A stretch of DNA of 63,781 nucleotides, the filler included, from Octopus bimaculoides (lineage: Eukaryota): NCBI RefSeq assembly GCF_001194135.2. It is 7 parts of 6 records of this genome, joined end to end, with 100 filler letters (N's around TTAATTAATTAA, not from the genome) between each part and the next. Parts side by side here need not be neighbours in the genome. Positions count along the whole stretch, not along the records: positions 16,220 to 39,564 come from NC_069002.1; positions 39,665 to 51,484 come from NC_068984.1; 5 more parts are not named here. One strand, written 5' to 3'. Below, in pieces: positions 25,506 to 39,872 of this stretch; within the stretch, counting starts at the first letter, position 1; each line of letters begins with the position of its first letter. The position numbers and the translations under genes were made by a program. Below the pieces are notes generated by a model that searched no databases, had not been told where the DNA came from, and saw only the letters and a program-made list of their open reading frames with translations.

Positions 25506-26943
25506 AACAATAATAATAACAATAATAATGATAACAATAATGATAATAATAATAATGATAATGATGATAATTAATAATTATAATAATTAATAATGATGAT
25601 ATTAATCATGAAAATAATGATGACGATGATGATTTCTTTAGTAAGTGAAATCATTGTCTTCCTCCTAATCGCTGATTTTATCAGAAGAGTAGTAGAATGG
25701 AGCGACGGGGAATAAAATGCTTGGTCCAAGGATCAATGCGCCGAACAGACAAGGAATGGAACATGCGATTTTATGATCATGAACCCAACGCTCTCACCAC
25801 TAAACCACGGACATTTACGCACGCAAATATATGTATACACTCACACACACATATATATGTGTGTGCATATAACGGTAATAATGTGTATATACACGCGTGG
25901 GTTTGTGCACGTGTCTATGTGTGTGCTGTGAATTGATGTGACTATCTATCTCTACGTGTATGCATCGATACACGTATATAACATGTGCCTCTGTGCGTGT
26001 TTGTGTGTATGTGTTTGTGCCTATGTTTGTGTGCGTGTGTGCGTGTATGTGTTTCTGTTGTTAAGTGTGTATGTGTGTGTGTATCTTTTCGCTTTTCTTT
26101 TTTACTTTCCTACGTTTTTCCCCTAAAACCATAGAATATAACACACCCTAATTAATTTATTTTACTCGGCTTCGATGTTATGATTTGAAAATTGATCGCG
26201 CATATTGTCGCAGATTGTCGCAGATTGTCGCAGAATTGTCATCCTGCTTACAAAAACTATCATCTATGTCGATCTTTCATATTTTTCCGAAATAAATTTC
26301 TTGCCCCAGTTAATATTTTATGACTACTCTTATTACTATTACTTCCACTGCTATTACAACAACTACTATTGATGCTGCTATTAATGTTGAACAAAGAGCC
26401 AGTGCAGCTGATACGGCGAGCGCTGCTACAGTTGCCATTAGAACAGTTGTCTTGGTGATGCATAGTTGCTAAGTGATACATACTGCTATTTCCCCTGTCT
26501 CCCAGGATGTTACGGTAAAATCTGCTGCTTCGATTTATTCTCTTCGAGATGAATCTCCTCTTAACCTTTTCCTCGAAAAGTAAGAATTGTTATTGTTACG
26601 ACGACTACTACTTCAAGCTAGGTAGATGCAGAACAATGAGTATTAGTCGTTCCCCACCCCCACCAACTATTATATATGTAGCGACAGTCCCATTTTGGCA
26701 TAGCATACGCATCTACAAAAAATTCATACGTATAAGCACTCAGAAAACAAATTAGCAATTTAGTTAGGTGTTGAGGATAACAGCGATATATATATATATA
26801 TGCGCTCGCGCGCGTGTGTGTGTGTGTGAGTATACACACACACACATTTTTATATCGTGGGTTAACAAGGCTTTATTTAGCCACCTATACGATGTTGAAA
26901 ACCAACGCTGTTCGACATTAGCGTATGTTTGTGTATATATATA

Positions 26944-27700
26944 CAGCAGGGTGCTGTGAATATATTGTCGTCTGCATTAGGCGAAAATGAAAATAACACT
27001 GACATCACATTTTAAAAGATATATTTACATTTAATATTACATAAAGATATCTTGAAATACTATGGAGTAAATTTATACAATAAAATCGCCATTGGCTTCA
27101 ACCACAACTTTCAGACCTATTCAGAATCTCCTGTTACTCTTATCGATTGTCTCCTTGTTTAAGTTGTTGAATGCTGCCATAATCCTTGTCTTCAGTTCAT
27201 CTTTGGTGTTACAAGGAGTTTTGTTGGTCTCTCGCTCAACTGCGCCCCAAACATAATAATCAAGGGGGTTACAATCTGGGGTGATAGGTAGCCAGATGTT
27301 AGGCGTGGCGTGGTCGCAGAAATTGTCTGACAGCCATGACTGGGTTCTGCTGCTTGTGTGGCATGGTGCAGGGTCCTGATGCCAGACATAGGGTCTTCCA
27401 GCAGCCACCCTCTTGACAGGGCAGCACTACCTCCCCCAAGCACTTGATATAGGCCTGTGTTGAGTATGAGGCCATATGGGAAAATGAATGGAGGCATAAC
27501 GTCATCATCACATGATGTTGACAGGCTGTTTGGTTTTTATCACACTTGGTACGTGTCCTCAGATTGCACTCTTCTCAGATTGACACCTAAACACTCTGAA
27601 GTATTCATATTGGAAATTCCGACGCGAATAGCAAGCAATACAGCATATTGTTTCCAAATTTGTGACAGAGGGAATTGCGTCATGGTGCTGTATTTCTCAC
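26944..27700 (-). mobile_element. DD37D (maT) transposon copy, 5' end lost in (GATA)n
   Basis: ORF 27121-27408 AAGRPYVWHQDPAP...PDCNPLDYYVWG; TIR next to TA at 26942-26943; colinear with 47016-47787. Confidence 0.85.
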
Positions 27701-27775
<75 letters not shown>

Positions 27776-28029
27776 CATGCCCACTCACACACATACACAC
27801 ACATACACACATACATACGCACACACACACACACCGTACGCACGCTCGCACAATATGGATATACATATGAACCTGGAAAGTTGTCATTCACTCATCTGAT
27901 AAATTGTCCTACATGGGAAACATAACTTAGTCATGCATTCGCATGTAGTCCGACGTGATATTTCCATTTCTTCTGTATCGTGGGTAAAATAATGGCGCTG
28001 TAAATATGAGATAAAGCCCTGAGAAAAGG

Positions 28030-29120
28030 TACCTGCTCATGGCAGCCATGCTTTTATGGGTTTCTTTTTCTTTTCCATGAACAGCTTTCGAACCTCTCCT
28101 CCCTGTTGAGGAATTGACACTTACATAATATTTCGTGATGGTCATTTTTCTTTTGTTGTTTTCTGCCAAATAAACACACGCACTGTATATTCGTTATTCA
28201 CTCATTTATTACTATTTTTATTTTAACTCATGTCCATTAGCCGCAAATCTTTCGTCACAGATCTCGGACAATGAGTTAAAATAAGAACTGTCATAAACGA
28301 GTAAAGAACGAATATACAGTGCGTGTGTTTCTTTGGCAAAAAGACAAAAAATTACCATCCCGAAATACGAAAATATCTCTTTCAACGCATGTTTTCGCAT
28401 CTTGCAGCACAAATTCATAAACATATATTTATTATTATATTCTAGCTGAAATACTCGGTAATAAATTACTATTAATATGATGTGCGTTGATAGCCATGAA
28501 ATATATTTCGTCAAATTTCGACATTTTTCAAAGATTTAAAATCTATATTAATGGGTAGGACCAATTGACGAAAAAATGAGCAGAGTCTGGTAGCGAACCC
28601 GTGTCGTCATCATTTTTGTGCATGTGCGTAAAATGGGGCAGATTTCGACAAATTGATGTCACGATGGCTAGTGCACAAAATGCCTAAATTTTGCTTGAGA
28701 AATCAAATACTTTTACCAAATCAAAACCTGAAACGCTGTGGAATTACAACAACGAATTGAAATAATAAGTTTTAGCAAACCAAAACAATACGCATTGAAA
28801 TGGAGAATTAGCAAATAAATTACCATTAATAAGCTATCTATTTATACCCATGAAACATTTTTCGCCAAATGTCAGCATTTTTCGTCAAATTGATGTCCCA
28901 GTGGCTAGTGCGGAAAATGCCGAAATTTTACGATTTTTGAAAAATCGATGTTGATTAAAAATTCGATTTTTTTTTTAAATTGCAAGTGCGTAAGTGACCG
29001 CATGGCCATAGGCCCCACACACCTGTCAAGTTTCATCAAGGTCTGTTGGATAGTCTCGGAGAAGTTAAAGTAACAAATTCACAAACGTACAAATTTTCCA
29101 TTTATTATTATTATATATTT
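28030..29120 (-). mobile_element. Probable non-autonomous Helitron/Helentron-like element (boundaries uncertain)
   Basis: The end near 29030-29120 resembles Helitron-N 5' regions (AAATGGAAAATTTGTACGTTTGTG...TTGATGAAACTT); internal repeat of about 50 bp near 28641 and 28880. Confidence 0.4.
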
Positions 29121-30295
29121 ATTATATATTCATAATCTTCTGATGTGTTTATGATATTAGTATTTGTGCTTCCCAAAATAGCCTGGGAATATATGCTTCT
29201 TCAATTTATGGTTCCGATAATTCTCGTTTCTTTCCATGTAAGCGTGCGTGAAGTAAAGTAGTTAAGATGGCCCTAGTCTTCATGACAACCTCAATTTAGG
29301 GAAACTTAGCCAGCCATTTAACGCAATGTTGCAGACTATATATGTAGATGAGAGTTACGTCACAGAATAGGTGTTGCCTTACATTTAATCTTGCCAAATG
29401 TTGAAATGGCTATTTTTTGATAAAAGGAAATCATTACAAACTTTTACCAAACGTCAGAGTCAATTGATTGTTGAAGACGTTTATGTTGATATACATCAAA
29501 AGATTTAAAACTCCAGACTGACTAAAATAGTTATTTTTTGTATAATATATGTCATACGTTGAAATATGTTCATAGAAATACAAGGACATATATTTGTCAT
29601 ACAGTGTAATATGTTTATACAAATACGAGAACTTATATTTGTTCTACAGCGAAATATGTTCATAGAAATACAAAAACATATATTTATTCTTCAACCTAAA
29701 AAATTTCATTAACAACAGCTGTCAACATTGTTAAACGAGTTTCACGTAGATTATTGTGAAGATATGAACATGCATTTTTGCAGGTGAATAAATACGAGTG
29801 GTAAACGTTGATTCTGTCTTACACTTGTTTCAATCAATACTAACGAGGAGTTCCAATTAACACCACTTTCTTAGTTCCAAGAGCTTGAAATCCTTTATAA
29901 AATGCGCATCCTATGTTTAATGCATTTCTAGTTTATATCTATACCTATCGTTGACAATTACATTCATACACATGACAATTACATTCATACACATACAAAC
30001 GTACACGTACGCACGCACACACATTTTTTATATATTTTCATATATATACAGAGACTTGTGTTTTTATGTGTGTGTGTATGTATATATATATCTTTTTTTA
30101 AGTTTCAGCTTAGAGCTGCGGCCATGCTGATGCACCACCGTGTGGTGCATATGTATATATATGTATATATATGTATATATATATGTATATATATATATGT
30201 ATATATATGAATATGTTTGTGCGTTTGTGTGCATATGTATGTGTGCATGTATGTATGCATGCATGCATAGATAGATAGACGGATAGATAGATAGC

Positions 30296-30366
<71 letters not shown>

Positions 30367-31568
30367 CTTCATGTTCATGTCGTTATCTGCTTTCCAGCGT
30401 ATTTTCCCTTTCATGCTTGAGAGTGTAATTTACATGATGGTTATTGGAATTTTGGATTTCCAGCTTTTGCACTGATGATATTTTTCTTTTGTTATTTATG
30501 TTCATCTCCTTAGAATTGAAGCAGTAAAATATTCGCAATATCTTTGCATAAATATTCGGACATGCCTGATCATACAATATAATTAATTCTCTATTTATTT
30601 AAGTAGCTTTCAATAAATGTCACAGCATTCTCGTAAATATATAAATCTATATGAGAATCGATCTCTACATTCAATCCAATGTTATGTGCGATTTTCCTTT
30701 GTTTTATTTCTATTTTACTTGTTTCTAATTTAATGTTTGGAAACTTAAAAACATATGAACAATTAATTCATACAAAAGCAATGTTTCTTTTTTTCTTTTC
30801 TCGGGTTCTTTGTTGTTTTATTTTTCTTTTCTTTTCACACAGCAGGATTTAGTTTTTCGGTTGCATATATTTAATTATATCATATTTAGCATATTCTATT
30901 CCTCGTACCTTTTATTGATTACAAGGAGAGGATGAAAATCAAAATTGATCTCTCTATTGATTTGAATTCAGAATGTAGTAAAGATACATTATAAATCGCT
31001 TCTACCAATTTATCTGCTGACAATGGCAGATTATTCCGAGCCAACATTGCAAGTGTTTACAGAATACATGTTTCCTATCGCGAGTCATGTGTCTGCTTTG
31101 GACATGACAGACATGAGTGACTCTAAAACCGAAAGCAATGTATAGCTGCTGTTGTTGTTGCTGCTATTGGGAGTGGTAGCGGTGGGAGTGGTCGTCGTCG
31201 TGGTCGTCGTCGTGGTCGTCGTGGTAGTTGTGGTAGTCGTGGTTGTGGTAGTGACGGTAGTAGTGGTACTTGAGATGGTGGTGATAATGGTGGTGGTCAC
31301 GGTGGCTATATTGTTTAGCGTAGGTAGGTTCAGCTCTGATTAAACTGACCAATGGTCAAGGCTTCCTAAGTTATCTAGTGCCATCTTCGATTTCTTTTCT
31401 TTTTTTTGCGAGAATGTGAGATTTGATGGTTATTTGACTGTTATTTCGATCAGGTCATGCAATTACCCAGATGCTGTTACACCTCGCACAAACCTATCAT
31501 GGATGTGTGTGTATTATTCATGTTTGCTTGTATTTATGTATATATGTCCTGTTTATGAATGCTTAAGC

Positions 31569-31648
<80 letters not shown>

Positions 31649-34267
31649 GTGTACCTATGTAGATACATATGAATGTATTCCTATGCTCCCATGTATCTTC
31701 CTTGTATTTCTACAGTGGTTTAGAATCATTATTAACAGAGCTTCTAAAATATTAACACCAAAGCGACAAAGATAATTTTATTAAAAAACAGCATTAATGA
31801 AATTTATGGCGTGAACACAAACAGTCATCCACGAAATCGTTCATGTCCGTAACAGCGGGCAGCCTTCCTCGCTGAGAATGCTATCAGACTGCTGTTAGTT
31901 GTATTAAGCATCAACAACGTTAAATACACAAACTTGTAATAATTCTCCTTAATCTATCCACGTGTAATCCAATAATATAACACCAGCTACATACTTCCTA
32001 CTCAATATAATCACTTCCCGGAATTATAAAACCTATCACGAGGAACATCATACATAAAACACAATCACATCAAACAAAACTTATACAGCAGATATTCCAC
32101 ACAACACACTGACACCGACACCTACACACACACGCATACACGAAGCACCACAACAAGACCAAAACAACGAAATAAATTTTAAGTTTAGCATTGTCAGAGT
32201 TTCTCTCCTTACTTAAGAGGGGGGAAAAACTTTATCAAGGATGACAGATCTTTGCTTTCCACATCAATATTTATGTCAATCACAGAGTTCTTTTACGGTG
32301 TGTTTAGTTGGATCGAGTTTTCTATAGCAATGAAATGCTTTCCTACTTTGTTCTTGATAAGGCTATTGGCCCTGTTTTCTCATTCAGTTGCACAATATCA
32401 GAATGTATTGTGCTTGAGGCATTCATTATTACATAGAGGCTGACTTTGCTGTATGTTAATATTACTTAATTCATGATCTAGTTTGAAACTATTACCGCAG
32501 TTTTACAAATAATACTTCACTCAAATATTCAACAACTATATGGGCAAAGATATTCGTTGTTCTTTTGTTGTTGATGAATTTCTTATTAGCAACTTGCGTT
32601 GTTATTTCGTAACATGTTTTTAGAAGCCAGCATTAATGTTATATAATCGCAGCCATATCACTTTCTGCAATCTATCTACACCTTTTGATGAATATTTGTT
32701 GTATGTATTCTTGCCTGAAAGTCTATGTAATAATAGTAGCCAGAGATAAGTGTTTGTTGCGATCGTATTTGTGAGAAGGCTTTCAAATCCACTTTCATAT
32801 TCGCCGTACTCTTAAATATTCACCAATGCAAGGCTTTGCTTTGCTTCATTTAATAACAACTGAATGGAATATTGAATTGTTTGTTTCTTTTTGTTGATAG
32901 AAAAGGTTTTTGTCATTTTGTTGACCAGAAAGCCACTTTCCTTAGAAATGCATATGATTCCCTAAAATATTTCTCTATATTTTTTTTGTTTGTGAATTGT
33001 TTATCAGACCAGAAGGATCTATTAAGCGGTATTTAACATATATAGTTCAATAGCATTAAACAAAATTGGAGACAAATCTTCTGTAGATGACGATAACTTT
33101 TACTTCAAAGTAAATTCATCAATGCAGTCAAAGTAATTCACCAATGCAGTCAATGAGGGAATTGTCAACTACCTTTTCATTAAGTCTTTTACTGCAGTGA
33201 ATTGCACATTCTATTATACTACATATCTAATCCTAAATATATTTAGTTGCGTCTGAACCATAGACACAATGCTTACCATGTGACATGATACAAAGCACAG
33301 ATCAAACATTGTGTTTTCCAGTTCTGTATCAAGTCGCGTTAGATGCACCGCAAGGTCTTTTCTGGATTATGCTGTTTTCTTTTTTTTCTTCCTTCCGCTC
33401 GTATTGCCATTTGTATTTCACTAATCTCTTTCTCAAATCTATTCCTCAATTGACGACATAAAGATATTTTCAATGAGGGTAGCTTACATTTGAGAGTCAT
33501 ATTTAATGATTTTTTTTTCTTCCCACAATGCAACCACATATCCTTCATTTTGATTGCAACTGTCATGTTACCCGTCAGGGTCAACTAATTCCTTTTCACG
33601 TTCAGTCTCCTCCCCCCACTTTTATACAGTCTAATGTACCCTAATTGGCCTCGCCATCGTTGTTTTGTTGTTGCTTATCTCACTTCACTACTCAGGTCTT
33701 CAGTGGTAATCTTTATTTGGGCAGTTTCTAACTTCCATTATTCATCGTCATTTGACAACAACCTGTTATTTTAGAAAAGTTTCCTCCCAATACACTTCGT
33801 TGCTTTCATCTCAACCCAGTGCTATTTTAGATTCGACATGTTGCAGTCATAAATCGAAACCATTTTCTCGCCACTCCATAATTTCTTCCTATGCTATATC
33901 TTAAACTTTACATTTACATAAATGGTTCTTTTTTATCCTTTTCGCCATTCTGACCTCAATTATTTGTATATTGCTAGTTTGTTTAGTTTATTATTAAGTT
34001 AAATTAAATGTATGGAACATATATACATGCTTATATTAATTTCATCCATTGTTGTTTGAAATGTCTTATTTGCGTTCTCTTTAATGCTGTCTATGACAGC
34101 TATTAGTTTACTTTGATGTATATTGTTATAAACTTAATGTTAAATTATAAGTTAATGTTTAAATACAATAATTATTGATAGACTACTACTTTTGTTGTAT
34201 AGAATATATATTTAATAATCTAGCTTTTTAATGATAATAGCAATTATTATTATTATTATCATTATCA

Positions 34268-34316
<49 letters not shown>

Positions 34317-34317
34317 C

Positions 34318-34535
34318 AAGGTGGCGAGGAGGTAGAATCGTTAGCACGCCGGACAAAATGCTTATTGGCATTTTATCCGTCTTTACATTCTGAGTTCATA
34401 TCCCGCGAGGTCGACTTTGATATTCGAAGTCGTTAAAATAAGTACCAGTTGAGTAGTGGGGTCGATGTGCTTCCCTAAAAACTCCCTCCCCAAATTTCAG
34501 GCCTTGTGTCTAAAGTAGAAACGATTATTATTGTT
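34318..34535 (+). mobile_element. Family B SINE
   Basis: Colinear with 36088-36340. Confidence 0.8.
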
Positions 34536-35708
34536 GTTGATATAAGAGAACTTAATGATTAATAAAATAGCATCAACTTGAAAAATGAGTTGTTCATTAA
34601 CACTTCCTCTCGCTAGCAAAGGACTTGTGTGACATCTTGTTCAAATAGTATTTGTTGTTGGGATAGTACTTAGCACACAATATTGTTTTTCTATATATTA
34701 TACACTTAGTAAATTTTCCGCTTAGTTAATCGTATATTTGTTTACACATTTCTGGTAGACTCATTACGTATGACGTTTGTATAGAACCTAGCTACATTAT
34801 GTTCAATCCAATAATACAAAATCATTCTTTATGGCTACCAAAGCAAATGCAGTTACGTCACAGATAAGATTATAGCTATTTTGATGCAACAATTATTTTA
34901 GGCTTAATGTTTTACTTTCATCTGTTTCCAAGTCGTTACAGAAAGAAGAATTATTCTTCTGTTGTAGCCCCTCTATGGACTTTCAAATTATTTGCATGAT
35001 AACTCTACGTTCCTTTTAATGTCAACTCTCATGTTTTCCGAACATAATGAAGTATTTTACTATCTCTGCTATACTATTTGACTAAGTTCACTTTCAAGCT
35101 GGGGCCATTTGCAGCATATAATCAAACATCTTCAATGGTGAATATATGACAACAGTAGTCTCTTTGTATGTAATAGTTATTAAATATTATCATTGACAAT
35201 GTTGTTCATGTCGTCTGCATGTATGTGTGTGTGTGTCGTGACACTTGTGACTGTTCATATTATATATAGTATTTACCGCCAAACACGGCTTACGCATTTA
35301 CAAAACAAAAGTAAAACACCGAGCAAACAGCGCAACTTCGTATAAGCACTTAGCTATTTATACAGGTTTGTGAAGAGACATCAGCAAACACACACAGACA
35401 AGCATGTACACATAAGGTGAAGGAGACAAATATAAAAATAAATAATCAGAAAATTAAAGTCTAATTCCAAAGCGATGTTTTACTTGTAAGTAACATTTAA
35501 CAAAAGTAGGAAATGGCCTTTAACCGGTCGTCGTTTAGAGCAAAATAGCGTTTTAACAAATGTAGTCAGTAACCTTAAAGAAAAATGGCAGTCATTTGAC
35601 AGTAGCATTTTACTAGTAAATAGCTTTTCAAAATACGTTGGTGGTGAAAATGATTACATAATGGGCAATTTTTTTTTTAAATTTTGTAGATAGACATTTT
35701 TCTGTTAG

Positions 35709-35749
35709 GTTAATCTCTCAAGTCATTCAAGTTCCAGTTGGAGAACAAG
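35709..35749 (+). other. Candidate 41-nt exon
   Basis: Acceptor TTTTTCTGTTAG; donor AAG|GTGAGT; frame LISQVIQVPVGEQ. Confidence 0.2.
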
Positions 35750-36087
35750 GTGAGTATACAGAAGGATATAATGCCCTCGTATAAAATAGCTAACCTCTGG
35801 ATCAGAGCAGTGAATATGCCCAGCTTCACCATGCGCCAATGAATTGGAAAAAAGATCTGAGGGAGATAAATTACCATTCGGAATGAGGAACATCTGGAAA
35901 CACTCATTAGTTTCCCTCTTTGTCTCCCGTTGAGATATTTCTTGCCAAACATGTTTCTATTGTTGATTTTTATGCCTGTTTTTCAAAGTTGGCCTAATCT
36001 TCTCAAATTTGTAACTTGTTCATATCATTTTGCCTTATGTGTCGCTCTGTTAGCCATGATTCATGGTTATTATCACTATTAATGTTT

Positions 36088-36300
36088 AGGGCAGCGAGCT
36101 GGCAGAATCGTTCGCACGCTGAGCGAAATGCTCAGCAGTATTTCGTCTGTCACTACGTTCTAAGTTCAAATTCCGCCAAGGTCGACCTTGCCTTTCATCC
36201 TATCGAGGTCGATAAATTAAGTACCAGTTGAGTCCTGGGGTCGATGCAGTCGACTATTCCCCTCCCCCAAATTGCAGGCCTTGTGTCCATACTAGAAAGA

Positions 36301-36340
<40 letters not shown>
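36088..36340 (+). mobile_element. tRNA-derived SINE family B (Meta/MESC-like middle), (ATT)n tail
   Basis: GGCAGCGAGCTGGCAGAATCG...AAGTTCAAATTCC...GCCTTTCATCCTATCGAGGTCGATAAATTAAGTACCAG; domain name given from memory of the consensus, not from a search. Confidence 0.8.
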
Positions 36341-36341
<1 letters not shown>

Positions 36342-36367
36342 TCGTAGTAGTTGTAGTAGTAGTAGTT

Positions 36368-36400
<33 letters not shown>

Positions 36401-36404
36401 AGTG

Positions 36405-37282
36405 TTAAAAAAACACGGCTTATTTTTCCGGGTATGATGGAAAGTGTCAGCTGCCCACAGTCAGCAGATAAAGATGGCATTTGTTTATTGGTCTGGCTTC
36501 AAGAACTCTACGAAGAATTCTTGCAGTTCCAAGCTATGCTGATCTTTATAGGTGTTCTACCTTCACACTTGCAACAAATTTTTTCAGCCATGTTGGTAGC
36601 TGAGTGCTGATTCTTTCAAGTGCACTATTGGTATCACGTCTACTCTCTTCATCGAACACAATCTTCGTATTTCCCACTTTAAATCGTCATAGTTGTTTAT
36701 TTTTTCTTCTTTCAAATTGATCCTATTGTCACCGGGGCAGGCTATGTCGAATATCATGCATGTTCCTTCTCTTTTATTCACCTCAATAGTGTCCAGTTTC
36801 CGATGTCTGGTCTGATGATCGCACTGGATCATTGTATTCCACAGGATTTTGCAATTCTAATTTTCGGTGACTCCTTCTAGAGTTTGCTCATACTATGTCT
36901 TAGATTTTTGTAGGCCGTGATTTCTACAGAGCTCCCAATGGATCGTTCTTGCCACATTGTCATGACGTTTTTTATATTCACGTTGTACCAATTTCGTGCA
37001 TTCGCTGGTGATGTGCCATACCGTTTCATCCCTCGCACCACACATTCTGAATTTGTCGCTATCGATAGTATTGTCTATTCTGTATTTCATACAGTTGTTC
37101 CTTATCACTTGTTCCTGAGCTGCGCATATGAGTGCTTCTGTCTCCATCTTCAGGTCACTCTTCCTCATACATAGCATTCGGTCCTCTCTGCATCTGTCTT
37201 GGCGTTCACATCTCTTGCAAACTGACCCTACATTTTTTTCTTCTTTCAATGCGTTTTCTTTTTCTGTATTTATTTCTTAATA
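36405..37282 (-). mobile_element. Non-LTR retrotransposon fossil, RLE type, R4/Dong-clade-like 3' end
   Basis: KSDLKMETEALICAAQEQ...RMCGARDETVWHITSEC...KRHDNVARTIHWELC and IFDIACPGD...KINNYDDLKWEIRRL; 3' end runs into (TAC)n(TAA)n. Confidence 0.85.
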
Positions 37283-37462
37283 CAGTTCTACATTTAAGAG
37301 ATGAGGAATTATGTACATTATTTACATTATTTACAGTTGACGGATATTTGTCCTCATCTTATTTGTTGTTAACACAACGTTTCAGCTGATATACCCTCCA
37401 GTCTTCATCAGGTGTTTTGGTGAAATTTCGAACCTGGATTCTCATTCCTAAGGTATTTTCGA

Positions 37463-37539
<77 letters not shown>

Positions 37540-37550
37540 TCACTGCCTGG
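37283..37550 (-). mobile_element. Family H element, second copy (head runs into N-gap)
   Basis: Reverse complement matches 49690-49952, including the CAGTGACCTGAA(TAA)n junction and the hammerhead at 37371-37415. Confidence 0.8.
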
Positions 37551-38278
37551 NNNNNNNNNNNNNNNNNNNNNNNNNNNNNNNNNNNNNNNNNNNNNNNNNN
37601 NNNNNNNNNNNNNNNNNNNNNNNNNNNNNNNNNNNNNNNNNNNNNNNNNNNNNNNNNNNNNNNNNNNNNNNNNNNNNNNNNNNNNNNNNNNNNNNNNNNN
37701 NNNNNNNNNNNNNNNNNNNNNNNNNNNNNNNNNNNNNNNNNNNNNNNNNNNNNNNNNNNNNNNNNNNNNNNNNNNNNNNNNNNNNNNNNNNNNNNNNNNN
37801 NNNNNNNNNNNNNNNNNNNNNNNNNNNNNNNNNNNNNNNNNNNNNNNNNNNNNNNNNNNNNNNNNNNNNNNNNNNNNNNNNNNNNNNNNNNNNNNNNNNN
37901 NNNNNNNNNNNNNNNNNNNNNNNNNNNNNNNNNNNNNNNNNNNNNNNNNNNNNNNNNNNNNNNNNNNNNNNNNNNNNNNNNNNNNNNNNNNNNNNNNNNN
38001 NNNNNNNNNNNNNNNNNNNNNNNNNNNNNNNNNNNNNNNNNNNNNNNNNNNNNNNNNNNNNNNNNNNNNNNNNNNNNNNNNNNNNNNNNNNNNNNNNNNN
38101 NNNNNNNNNNNNNNNNNNNNNNNNNNNNNNNNNNNNNNNNNNNNNNNNNNNNNNNNNNNNNNNNNNNNNNNNNNNNNNNNNNNNNNNNNNNNNNNNNNNN
38201 NNNNNNNNNNNNNNNNNNAATAATAATTTATAATAATAATAATTAATAATAATGATAATAATAATAATAATAATAATA

Positions 38279-38340
<62 letters not shown>

Positions 38341-38352
38341 TATTATTATTAA

Positions 38353-38397
<45 letters not shown>

Positions 38398-39689
38398 CAT
38401 AATTATTATTATTGACCGACTATGTTGTACATGGGCGCTCAAAAAGAATCCACTGAGTGTTTAATTACATATCCTTACATTTTTAGTTCAAATAACACTA
38501 AAGTATAACATTTCCTTTCATCCTGCTTGAGTGAATAAAATATTTAATTTCTGTATTACATTATAGCATGAATAAAATATGACTCTGCCAGGTACCTGGG
38601 GTCGATCTAATCGCTTATAGTCTCTGTCTCTGTCTCAAAATATATGTTCTTGTGCTAATGTTATAAATCATTATCATTACAACTATATATCAGACAATAT
38701 AAGAAATATGCATTATTGTAATAATAGCTGTTACTGTAGAAGCATTTGGCTTTTTTCTATTTTGATCTTCTGTATAATTTTGATTCATATTTTCATTAAC
38801 GAATAGGAAATGGTTAATCTATATATTCTACATGGTTTTATTTGCTACTATTTGCAAAAATTTATCACAGATTTAGTATATAACATCAAAAGTCTATGCT
38901 GAAAATAATCTTTTGTTGTTTATTTTTTCATTTCTATTCTTCATTTTGATGTTGTCCTTTTTTTCTTAATGCCATGCTACAATCCGATTTTCACAATATT
39001 AGGAAATTCCAATATTACATTGTCTGCCGCCATCTTGAATAAGCCAGGACTCTTTAACGTGATTGTATTGATTTTATTCGGCCAGTTATATTCTATCAAT
39101 GGTGAGCATATTTTAGAAAGAGATCTCTCATTCTTTCCTCACTACATACTTCTTTTGTTGATTCTTTTTCTTTCCTTCCAACTTATATTTCTATTCTTTC
39201 TTCCATCCTACTGCACAACATCACCTTCTCTCACCACTCCTCCAGCAACTCCTATTCAGGATTTGATACATTTTCTGAAAAAGGTGGAGGAAGAGGCGGG
39301 TGACGAAGACAAGGGCGGAGGAGGTCTTAATTAACATTTCATTGCATATTTCTCCCATTCCTTCTGGCATTGTACTCTTCGTACTCCGTTTCGTTATTAC
39401 GATTGAGATTCATAGTTACAACTCAAATATATGCATAGATAATAAGTACATCTACATATACACACATATATACATATATATAGATGTATATACATATATG
39501 CAAATGAATGTGTATATACGTGTGTATATATACATATATATAGATGTATATACATATATGCAAANNNNNNNNNNNNNNNNNNNNNNNNNNNNNNNNNNNN
39601 NNNNNNNNTTAATTAATTAANNNNNNNNNNNNNNNNNNNNNNNNNNNNNNNNNNNNNNNNNNNNATACATATATATGTATATATATATT

Positions 39690-39872
39690 TGTGTCTGTGT
39701 TTGTTCCCCCACCATGCTGGTGTGTTTACATCCCCGTAACTTAGCGGTTCGGCAAGAGAAACCGATAGAATAAGTACTAGGCTTCCAAAGAATAAGTCCT
39801 GGGGTCGATTTTCTCGACTAAAGGCGGTGCTCCAGCATGGTCGCAGCCAAATGACTGAAACAAGTAAAAGAA
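39690..39872 (+). mobile_element. Family A SINE 3' body
   Basis: GTGTTTACATCCCCGTAACTTAGCGGTTCGGC...GACTGAAACAAGTAAAAG. Confidence 0.85.

Noticed and set aside
26205-26237. 10-bp x3 repeat ATTGTCGCAG, and the duplication of about 90-bp period at 29560-29690
   Set aside because: Ordinary slippage duplications; no spacers, so not CRISPR-like.
26260-26481. Ser/Asn/Cys-rich 73-aa ORF
   Set aside because: Decayed trinucleotide repeats; no splice or homology support.
32200-33600. Stretch with protein-like fragments (for example NWKTQCLIC) suggesting an old DNA transposon
   Set aside because: Too many stops and frameshifts; no diagnostic motif or termini could be assigned by eye.
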